Of a stretch of 24,806 bases of DNA, positions 17,934 to 24,806 are shown in pieces (within the stretch, counting starts at the first letter, position 1; every line of letters begins with the position of its first letter). The notes under the pieces were generated by a model. That model saw only the letters and a program-made list of their open reading frames with translations. It ran no database searches and had not been told where the DNA came from. This stretch comes from a virus (lineage: Duplodnaviria > Caudoviricetes). Location of the stretch: the IMG/VR virus record IMGVR_UViG_3300005611_000183, positions 1-24,806 of that record, one strand, 5' to 3'. Made by a program: the position numbers and the translations under genes.

Positions 17934-19973
17934 ATGGCTTATATTGGACAAAAACCAGGAAGTAATTTTAGAAATGTCACTTTAAAAGATAGCTTTACAG
18001 GTGACGGCTCAACTACTGCCTTTGATTTAAGTAAATCATTTAACCAAGCTGGTCAAAATGATTTGGAAGTATTTGTTGACAATGTTCGACAAGAGCCTAC
18101 AGCTGCATATACAGTTGGCCAAGACGATTCAGGAAATTTCAAAAGAGTAACATTCACAGCCGCTCCAACAAACGGCGCTACTATTTACATTTTAAACCAA
18201 GGTGAAACATCTGGTGTTTTATCAGTTTCAGATGGCGCAATTACTTCAGGCAAATTAGGAACAGATGTTATCACAGGCCAAACAGAATTGGCCGAAGCTG
18301 CTAACAATGCAGACACAGTTTTATTACATGATGATTCAGCTGGGTCATTAAAGAAAATTCAAGTTTCAAATTTAACAGCGCAAGCAGGTGATGGTTTAGC
18401 AAAATCAAGTTCTACTTTATCAGTAGATGCTAATAATGCAACAACATTAGAAACAGCAATTGCAGCTGGTGACTTTGTTTTAATTTATGACGCATCAGCT
18501 GGTGTTTTAAGAAAAGTATCTCAAACAAACTTCTTAAACTTTCCTACAATTTCAAGTGTATCACCTACAAATTTATTATCTGGTGATGGCACAGGAAATT
18601 ATACAATTGTCATTACAGGTACAGGTTTTTCAGGCGCATCAGCAAAATTAATAAACACTTCAGGTACAGAAGTTGAATTTGATACAGTAACAGTTGATAG
18701 TTCAACACAAATCACAGGAGTGATTGCTAAATCTTCATTGCCAAATTCAGGCGAACCTTATGATATAAAAGTTTTAGCTTCTTCAGGATTAAATTCTATT
18801 GAAACTGATGTAATTACGATAGATGCTCAACCAGTATGGTCAACAGCATCAGGTTCTTTAGCCACAGTTACGGATGAAACTCGTTCAGGTTTATCTTATA
18901 CAGTAGCAGCTGCGGATCCAGAATCAGGTGGTGATGTCACTTATACATTAGAAAGTGGAAGTTTACCAGCAGGTTTATCAGGTTCATCTACAAGTTCTGG
19001 TTATGTAATTAGTGGCAATGCTACTGCTGTAGGAGCTGATACAACATCTAACTTTACTATAAGAGCTTCAGATGTAAATTCTAACACAAGCGATAGAGCA
19101 TTTAGTATAACCATTCAAGCACCAAAAGTACAAGTATTTACATCATCTGGTACTTTCTCAGTACCAAGTGGTGTTACATCCGTTGATGTTCTTGTAGTCG
19201 CAGGCGGTGGCGGCGGAGGTCAAAGACACTCTGGTGGTGGTGGAGCTGGTGGATTAATTTTTAGACCAGGTTTTCCTGTTACTCCAGGTGGAACAGTTTC
19301 AGTCACAGTTGGTTGTGGAGGTGCAGTTACAGGCCAAGGTGGTAATAGCGGAGGCGGTTCTGTATTCGGAACATTAAACGCTCAAGGTGGCGGTGGCGGA
19401 GGTTCTGACGGAGGAACTGCTCCAAGAATAACTACAAATAATCAATGGACAAAACCAGGAGGCTCAGGTGGTGGCGGTTCACACACTTGTACAGGTGCTG
19501 GACCTCTAAGTTCAGGTGCAGGTAACGGAACTCAACCCACTTGTTATCCAGGACAAGATAGTTCAAATTATGGCCATGGAAATCCAGGCGGTAGAGGTTC
19601 AGCTTTTGTAGGTGCTCCTCAGACATCATCAGGCGGCGGCGGTGCCGGCGGCGGCGGTGCAGGTGCAGCCGGAAGTAATGTTAATCCAGCTGGTCAAGGT
19701 TCAGCAGGCGGTATAGGTCGTTCTTATACAATCGCAGACAATTCAACTCCAGTTTACTATGCAGGTGGTGGCGGCGGTGGCGGCCGTGATAGTAGTAACG
19801 GAGGTCCTTCTAGCCAAGGTGGTGGCGGAGCAGGTGGTCCTGCAGGTCCTTCAAGCGGTCAACCAGGAACAGCAAACCGTGGCGGCGGTGGTGGTGGAGG
19901 TACCGGTGAAGGTGGTCAACCACAACAAGGCGGCGTAGGCGGTAAGGGTGTTGTAATCGTAAGGTGGAGTTAA
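17934..19973 (+). CDS. Tail fibre / adhesin B: N-terminal MAYIG + GDGSTxAF adaptor, shaft, two Ig-like domains, glycine-rich tip
   Basis: Closely paralogous to 7363..9180 from VITGQTELAEAANNAD onward, with a different N-terminus. Confidence 0.82.
   Translation: MAYIGQKPGSNFRNVTLKDSFTGDGSTTAFDLSKSFNQAGQNDLEVFVDNVRQEPTAAYTVGQDDSGNFKRVTFTAAPTNGATIYILNQGETSGVLSVSDGAITSGKLGTDVITGQTELAEAANNADTVLLHDDSAGSLKKIQVSNLTAQAGDGLAKSSSTLSVDANNATTLETAIAAGDFVLIYDASAGVLRKVSQTNFLNFPTISSVSPTNLLSGDGTGNYTIVITGTGFSGASAKLINTSGTEVEFDTVTVDSSTQITGVIAKSSLPNSGEPYDIKVLASSGLNSIETDVITIDAQPVWSTASGSLATVTDETRSGLSYTVAAADPESGGDVTYTLESGSLPAGLSGSSTSSGYVISGNATAVGADTTSNFTIRASDVNSNTSDRAFSITIQAPKVQVFTSSGTFSVPSGVTSVDVLVVAGGGGGGQRHSGGGGAGGLIFRPGFPVTPGGTVSVTVGCGGAVTGQGGNSGGGSVFGTLNAQGGGGGGSDGGTAPRITTNNQWTKPGGSGGGGSHTCTGAGPLSSGAGNGTQPTCYPGQDSSNYGHGNPGGRGSAFVGAPQTSSGGGGAGGGGAGAAGSNVNPAGQGSAGGIGRSYTIADNSTPVYYAGGGGGGGRDSSNGGPSSQGGGGAGGPAGPSSGQPGTANRGGGGGGGTGEGGQPQQGGVGGKGVVIVRWS
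19857..19903 (+). repeat. 47-bp exact direct repeat, copy 1 (copy 2 at 24254..24300)
   Basis: GGTCAACCAGGAACAGCAAACCGTGGCGGCGGTGGTGGTGGAGGTAC is identical in fibres B and D. Confidence 0.9.
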
Positions 19974-19988
19974 AATAGGAAAGAATAA

Positions 19989-20582
19989 ATGGCATATTTA
20001 GGAAGAGAACCAGTAAACGGATATTATCAAAAGCAAGCGCTGACTACAGATGGTAGTACAACGACTTTTGCTTTAGATTATACTGTTGGTACGGTCAATT
20101 CAATTTTAGTCCAAGTTGATGGTGTTTTACAGGAACCAACTTCTTCCTACACTATTGCTTCAGGCGGAACACAAATCGTATTTTCAGAAGCTCCTTTAGC
20201 AACTGACAATACATTCATCATTTACCTAGGAACAGGTTATGATACAGCAATTGTTGGTGATTCTTCATTCACACATCCAGAATTAGCAGAAAGAGCGGCT
20301 TCAAATGATAAGTTTGTATTATACGACACATCTGCCGGTACAGTAAAAACAATTCAAGCAAGTAATGTAGTTGCATCTACAGTACAAAGAGATTACACAG
20401 GTGACGGTTCAACAGCCGCATTTACAGTAACAAATGGTGTTACAGAAAACAATATTTTAGTAATTGTAAACGGATTAGTAATGTTACCAGGAACAGACTA
20501 TACAGTTTCCGGAACAACTTGTACATTAACAACGGCTCCATCAGCGAGTGACACAATTGATATTAGGGAGCTGCCAGCGTAA
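19989..20582 (+). CDS. Fibre adaptor with two (G/T)DGSTxxF domains flanking one shaft repeat (197 aa)
   Basis: MAYLG..P start; two copies of the DGST..F...V.V.G..Q/M.P...YT..GT.....AP domain; central LYDTSAGTVK repeat. Confidence 0.8.
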   Translation: MAYLGREPVNGYYQKQALTTDGSTTTFALDYTVGTVNSILVQVDGVLQEPTSSYTIASGGTQIVFSEAPLATDNTFIIYLGTGYDTAIVGDSSFTHPELAERAASNDKFVLYDTSAGTVKTIQASNVVASTVQRDYTGDGSTAAFTVTNGVTENNILVIVNGLVMLPGTDYTVSGTTCTLTTAPSASDTIDIRELPA

Positions 20583-20586
20583 GGTA

Positions 20587-20594
20587 GATAAATA
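20587..20594 (+). promoter_or_regulatory. T4-type late promoter GATAAATA
   Basis: NATAAATA box in the 17-bp intergenic gap before 20600. Confidence 0.6.
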
Positions 20595-20599
20595 GGATT

Positions 20600-22201
20600 A
20601 TGGCACAAAGAAAAGGTATATCAACAGGTACTACAGCACAAAGAAGTATCGAAGAAGCAGGTAAATTACGATTTAATACCACAACAAATTTGTTAGAGTA
20701 TTATGATGGCACACAATGGAAATCTATTGATTCTCCTCCAATCATATCTAGTATAGATGTTACTGAAATAGATACTACGGCCGGAGGCAATGAAACTTTT
20801 GTAATTACAGGTTCTAATTTTTCTACAACAATTACTGAAGTGCGATTTATTCCAAATTCAGGCGCTGATATTGTTGCTTCGTCTGTAACAAGAGATAGTG
20901 CAACTCAGATAACTGCTGTGGCTGCAAGAAGTGATTTTATTAATGCAAATGAGCCTTATGATGTTAAAGTCACAAATAATTCAGGTTTAGCAGCAACATT
21001 AGCAGACCAAATTAATGTTGATAGTGCTCCTGTTTGGCAAACAGCTTCAGGTTCGATAGGTACTGTTTATGATAGTGCTAGAACAGGCATTTCATTTACA
21101 GTTTTAGCCACAGATGCTGAAAGTGATGCTATTACATATACTTTACAATCAGGTTCTTTACCATCAGGTTTATCATTAACATCTACAAGTTCAGGTGCAG
21201 TTATAAGTGGTGATGCGAGTTCAGTTGGTTCAAACACCACATCAACATTCACACTTAGAGCTTCTTCAGGTGTTGATAAAACTTCAGATAGAGTATATTC
21301 AATTACCGTTAACGCTCCAACAGTAGAATCATTTACTTCATCTGGTACTTTCTCAGTTCCAAGTGGTTTATCGAGTGTTAATGTCTTAGTTGTTGCTGGT
21401 GGCGGCGGTGGTGGTAAAATGCACTATCCAGCTGGCGCATATCACCATGCAGGCGGCGGCGGTGGTGCCGGCGGTTTAATTTATAGACCAGCATTCCCGG
21501 TTACTCCAGGCGGAACAATTACAGTCACAGTTGGTAATGGCGGCTCAGGTGGTGCTGGTAACTACGATAGCGGATGTAATCCAGTAAATGGACAAGATTC
21601 AGTATTTGGTACATTGACTGCTAAAGGCGGCGGTAAAGGTACAGATGGTGCAGCAACTCCAACTACATATACTTTTGGTTCACCATCTTCTCCTGGAGGT
21701 TCAGGAGGTGGCGGAGGTCAAAATGCGAATGCTCCAGGTTGGACTGACAATGGTGGTTCAGCGACTCAACCTACTCAACCAGGCGATTCAGGTACATATG
21801 GATTTGGAAATGCCGGCGGCGGTTGGCCAGGACCATCAGCAGGTGTTGCAACAGCAGCTGGCGGCGGTGGCGCTGGCGCAGCTGGAAATCCAGGTACACC
21901 AGCAAGTAATGGAGGTCAGGCAGGTATCGGTAAAGCATATTCGATTTCAGGTACACCTGTTTATTACGCTGGTGGCGGCGGTGGTGGTGCTGGAGGAAAT
22001 TCCTGTGGAAGTGCTGGTCAAGGTGGCCAAGGCGGCGGCGGTATCGGTGGAGGTTCCGGTGCTCCAACACCTTGTGGAACAGGAGTTTCTGGTACGGCAA
22101 ATCGAGGCGGCGGCGGTGGCGGCGGCGGAGCTTACCATAATGCTAGTAGATTAGCCCCTGGCGGTACAGGCGGTAAAGGTATCGTTATTGTATCATACTA
22201 A
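20600..22201 (+). CDS. Tail fibre / adhesin C: GTTAQR..RFNT..EYYDG.W N-terminal module, two Ig-like domains, glycine-rich tip
   Basis: Same Ig-Ig-Gly-rich architecture as A, B and D, with the most divergent Ig domains. Confidence 0.82.
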   Translation: MAQRKGISTGTTAQRSIEEAGKLRFNTTTNLLEYYDGTQWKSIDSPPIISSIDVTEIDTTAGGNETFVITGSNFSTTITEVRFIPNSGADIVASSVTRDSATQITAVAARSDFINANEPYDVKVTNNSGLAATLADQINVDSAPVWQTASGSIGTVYDSARTGISFTVLATDAESDAITYTLQSGSLPSGLSLTSTSSGAVISGDASSVGSNTTSTFTLRASSGVDKTSDRVYSITVNAPTVESFTSSGTFSVPSGLSSVNVLVVAGGGGGGKMHYPAGAYHHAGGGGGAGGLIYRPAFPVTPGGTITVTVGNGGSGGAGNYDSGCNPVNGQDSVFGTLTAKGGGKGTDGAATPTTYTFGSPSSPGGSGGGGGQNANAPGWTDNGGSATQPTQPGDSGTYGFGNAGGGWPGPSAGVATAAGGGGAGAAGNPGTPASNGGQAGIGKAYSISGTPVYYAGGGGGGAGGNSCGSAGQGGQGGGGIGGGSGAPTPCGTGVSGTANRGGGGGGGGAYHNASRLAPGGTGGKGIVIVSY

Positions 22202-22204
22202 ATA
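22197..22204 (+). promoter_or_regulatory. Variant late-promoter-like box ACTAAATA overlapping the stop of fibre C (same 8-mer at 24360-24367 after fibre D)
   Basis: CTAAATA variant at gene boundaries, followed by the AAGGAG RBS of 22243. Confidence 0.4.
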
Positions 22205-22242
22205 CTATTAATTAATTATTCAAACTAAGGAGTGAATATACA

Positions 22243-22644
22243 ATGAGTAAAATTAAATCAAATGTAGAAACTGATAAAGACATTGAACCTTTATTTGACT
22301 ACGGAGATATTACTGATAGAGATAAGTCAGTAGTAGAAGAAGTTATAAATTTATTACAAGCAAGACCAGGCGTTCCAAGTGAAATGGTCATTGCTGAATT
22401 AAAAGAGAAATTTCAATTGGTAACTATACCAATGATGAAAGTAGAAGATAGTGTCTGGCATCAATTGACAAAAGACGAAAGAATTGGCCAGTCTATGCAA
22501 GGGTTTAGACAAACAACTGATAATGAGGGCAACAAAATTAGAATCCCACATATCGGATTTTCTGCTGACCTTGACTACTTAGACGAGTTTGTTAACAGAT
22601 TGGCAAAGAAGATTGCTAGTCTACCAACAGCGGAAGATAAATAG
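22243..22644 (+). CDS. Hypothetical protein (133 aa), charged and globular
   Basis: ORF track; strong TAAGGAG RBS; no family recognised. Confidence 0.8.
   Translation: MSKIKSNVETDKDIEPLFDYGDITDRDKSVVEEVINLLQARPGVPSEMVIAELKEKFQLVTIPMMKVEDSVWHQLTKDERIGQSMQGFRQTTDNEGNKIRIPHIGFSADLDYLDEFVNRLAKKIASLPTAEDK
22636..22643 (+). promoter_or_regulatory. T4-type late promoter GATAAATA
   Basis: NATAAATA box at the end of the 22243 ORF, 26 nt upstream of the fibre D start. Confidence 0.55.
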
Positions 22645-22669
22645 TAATAGGTAATAAAGAGAGAAAAAA

Positions 22670-24364
22670 ATGGCATTAACTAAAATTGGAAGATTAGTAG
22701 ATAAAGGTATTATCAAAGACCAAACTAACTTAGGTGGTTCGGCTGCGGATACTGACGAATATCTAATTTATGATGCGTCAAGTGATAGTTTAAAAGCTAT
22801 TGCAGCTTCTAATGTTACGCCAAACGAAACTCTTATTACAGGCAAAGACGAAATCACTATTGGTAATGTTGCAAGTAATGATGTTCTTTTAATTTATGAT
22901 ACATCAGCGGGTGTATTAAAGAAAATTACTAAATCTGCTTTTGACGCTTTAACACCATCATTTACAAGTGTTTCACCTTCAAACTTATTATCAGGTGATG
23001 GCACAGGTAACTATACAATTGTAGTTACAGGTTCAGACTTTGACAATACAGCTACATTTAAATTAGTTACTGACGGTGGCACAGACATTTCTATGGATAC
23101 AGTAACTAGAGATAGTGCAACACAATTAACAGGTACAGTTGCAAAAAATACAGCAAATTTAACAAACGCAAACGAACCATTTGATATCGTCATTACAAAT
23201 GGTAATAGTTTATCTTCAACTGCTTTAAATCAAATTACTATTGATGCTCAACCTGCCTGGTCAACAGCCACAGGTAATATAGGCAACATTTATGATGGTA
23301 GTCGTTCAGGTGTTTCATTTACAGTTGCAGCTGCGGATCCAGAATCAGGCGGTGATATAGTTTATACTTTAGAATCGGGTTCTTTACCAGCAGGTTTATC
23401 TGGTACTTCAACAAGTTCAGGTTATGTAATTTCAGGCACAGCAAGTGCCGTAGGTTCAAACACCACATCAACATTTACTATAAGAGCTAAAGATGTAAAT
23501 TCAAATATTGCTGATAGAGAATTTAATATAGTTGTTTATGCTCCTACTATAGAATCATTTACATCTTCTGGTACTTTCTCAGTACCTGGTGGCGTCACAG
23601 CAGTTAATGTATTAGTTGTTGCAGGCGGAGCCGGCGGAGTTCAAAGACACGGCGGTGGCGGTGGTGCCGGTGGTTTAATTTATAGACCAGGTTTTCCAGT
23701 CACGCCAGGCGGAACAGTTACAGTCACAGTAGGTGACGGTGGTGTTGGAGGAGCACCTGGTCCGGTGGGACCAGCTGGGCAATCAGGACAAGATTCAGTA
23801 TTCGGAACATTAACTGCCAAAGGTGGCGGTGGCGGACCTTCAGACGGTGCCGGACAGCCAGGCGGTTCAGGTGGTGGAGGTGCATATTATGCTCAATCTG
23901 GTGGTTCAGCAACTCAACCAACTCAACCAGGAGATTCAGGTACATACGGATTTGGAAATGCAGGCGGTAACGGTATTGCTTGTGTAAGTTATATAGGTGG
24001 AGGCGGTGGAGGCGCTGGTGCAGCCGGCGGTACAAGAGCCCCCGGTAGTACAACTGCTGGCGATGGCGGTATAGGTAGAGCATACACAATCGCAGACGGC
24101 ACAACTTCAGTTTATTACGCAGGTGGCGGAGGTGGTTCTTCATCACATTCAGGTCCACAACCACAAATCGGTGGTGTAGGTGGACAAGGAGGCGGTGGTA
24201 ATGGTGGTGCAGGTGGTCAACCAGGCACAAGTATACCATCATCTGGTATTTCAGGTCAACCAGGAACAGCAAACCGTGGCGGCGGTGGTGGTGGAGGTAC
24301 AGGAGATACAGGTCCTCAAACAGGCGGCGCTGGCGGTAAAGGTATTGTTATTGTAACATACTAA
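22670..24364 (+). CDS. Tail fibre / adhesin D: MALTKI N-terminus, shaft repeats, two Ig-like domains, glycine-rich tip
   Basis: Shares SGDGTGNYTIV, AADPESGGD..YTLESGSLPAGLSG.STSSGYVISG and the Gly-rich frame with A and B. Confidence 0.82.
   Translation: MALTKIGRLVDKGIIKDQTNLGGSAADTDEYLIYDASSDSLKAIAASNVTPNETLITGKDEITIGNVASNDVLLIYDTSAGVLKKITKSAFDALTPSFTSVSPSNLLSGDGTGNYTIVVTGSDFDNTATFKLVTDGGTDISMDTVTRDSATQLTGTVAKNTANLTNANEPFDIVITNGNSLSSTALNQITIDAQPAWSTATGNIGNIYDGSRSGVSFTVAAADPESGGDIVYTLESGSLPAGLSGTSTSSGYVISGTASAVGSNTTSTFTIRAKDVNSNIADREFNIVVYAPTIESFTSSGTFSVPGGVTAVNVLVVAGGAGGVQRHGGGGGAGGLIYRPGFPVTPGGTVTVTVGDGGVGGAPGPVGPAGQSGQDSVFGTLTAKGGGGGPSDGAGQPGGSGGGGAYYAQSGGSATQPTQPGDSGTYGFGNAGGNGIACVSYIGGGGGGAGAAGGTRAPGSTTAGDGGIGRAYTIADGTTSVYYAGGGGGSSSHSGPQPQIGGVGGQGGGGNGGAGGQPGTSIPSSGISGQPGTANRGGGGGGGTGDTGPQTGGAGGKGIVIVTY
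24254..24300 (+). repeat. 47-bp exact direct repeat, copy 2 (copy 1 at 19857..19903)
   Basis: Base-by-base comparison with 19857..19903. Confidence 0.9.
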
Positions 24365-24375
24365 ATAATTAAGAG

Positions 24376-24558
24376 ATGAATATGTTTAATAAAATCAAAG
24401 AATTCTTTTTTCCTAAAAAACCAGAAATAGACTTAAAAGGTTTAGAGAAAAAAACAAAGGCTGAGTTAGAAAAACTTGGTAGAAAAATTGGCATTGAATT
24501 AGACAAAAGATTAACAAAAGACAAGTTAATTAAGCAGATTAAAAAAGCGTCTAAATAA
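24376..24558 (+). CDS. Small basic protein with a Rho-N / HeH-like helix-extension-helix domain (60 aa)
   Basis: L.KKTKAELEKLGRKIGIE.....TK.KLIKQI pattern resembles Rho N-terminal, SAP and LEM-type HeH folds. Alternative start at 24382. Confidence 0.7.
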   Translation: MNMFNKIKEFFFPKKPEIDLKGLEKKTKAELEKLGRKIGIELDKRLTKDKLIKQIKKASK

Positions 24559-24569
24559 TATTATAAACA

Positions 24570-24598
24570 TTGACAATTTATTAAAATTGTTATATAAT
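24570..24598 (+). promoter_or_regulatory. Perfect-consensus sigma70 promoter TTGACA-N17-TATAAT
   Basis: TTGACA at 24570-24575, 17-nt spacer, TATAAT at 24593-24598. Confidence 0.9.
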
Positions 24599-24608
24599 GG
24601 CAGGTGAA

Positions 24609-24806
24609 ATGAGTAATACATACAATACAAATTGCCCAAAATTTGTTACCGAAACAGGTGACAATATAATCTATCCTTTTAGTCCACCTATATTTCAATC
24701 ACAAGTGGATAATAATTTCATACAAGAATTAATACAAGAAGGTTCAAAACTCACAGTTGATAATGATGACTGGCGAGGTAATTTGGCCGGTAATATGAAA
24801 TATGGT
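24609..24806 (+). CDS. 5' part of an ORF, possibly a phage 2OG-Fe(II) oxygenase (MSNTYNTNCPKFVTETGDNIIYPFSPPIFQSQV...DWRGNLAGNMKYG)
   Basis: Open frame to the window end. PFSP.I and LAGN segments resemble N-termini of TIGR02466-like oxygenases, but the catalytic HxD/H...H residues are not in the window. Confidence 0.55.
   Translation, partial: MSNTYNTNCPKFVTETGDNIIYPFSPPIFQSQVDNNFIQELIQEGSKLTVDNDDWRGNLAGNMKYG

Noticed and set aside
8374-23583. Invertase or shufflon-type site-specific switching at the shared 17-mer
   Set aside because: All copies are in direct orientation in complete genes, with no inverted or promoterless cassettes and no recombinase in the window.
3008-24272. Many 60-180-aa antisense or alternate-frame ORFs in the track (e.g. 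12697..13182 -, 21645..22154 +, 23724..24272 -)
   Set aside because: All are nested in well-supported genes, and I noted no RBS or promoter for them. Their His/Arg/Leu- or Pro/Val-rich composition is the expected shadow of Gly/Thr/Ser codon bias.
8363-24364. Diversity-generating retroelement (TR/VR) as the cause of fibre repeats
   Set aside because: No reverse transcriptase in the window, all copies are coding, and the differences are synonymous changes and indels rather than adenine-specific substitutions.
1-24806. CRISPR array, tRNA, rRNA, introns, inteins, homing endonucleases
   Set aside because: No regularly spaced repeats, cloverleaf or intein/LAGLIDADG/HNH motifs seen; intergenic gaps are too short and core genes are uninterrupted.

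Overview
AT-rich DNA from the virion-structural region of a large T4-like (myovirus) phage. The gene set and order resemble marine T4-like pelagiphages and cyanophages. An alphaproteobacterial host, possibly SAR11, is hinted at by a LexA-type GTTC-N7-GTTC box; this is an inference. Left end: two small minus-strand early genes with sigma70 promoters and a dense divergent control region. Then a plus-strand late block driven by (T/G)ATAAATA late-promoter boxes: a small lipoprotein ORF and a small Cys-rich ORF (both missed by the ORF track), PAAR (gp5.4), gp25, gp6, gp7-like, a gp9/gp10-like adaptor plus fibre, gp8, a 2031-aa VrlC/DUF4815-like protein, and a fibre/adaptor cluster. Four paralogous fibres end in glycine-rich adhesin-like tips with conserved frames, hypervariable loops and patchwork DNA identity. 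The right end switches to a perfect TTGACA-N17-TATAAT promoter and a truncated putative 2OG-Fe(II) oxygenase. Window-wide, a by-eye scan found GATC only inside GGATCC (8 of 8), no ACGT, and apparent favouring of GGCC/CCGG, suggesting an unusual DNA modification or restriction-evasion regime. No rRNA, tRNA, CRISPR array, integrase or reverse transcriptase was seen. All family assignments are from motif recognition, not database searches.
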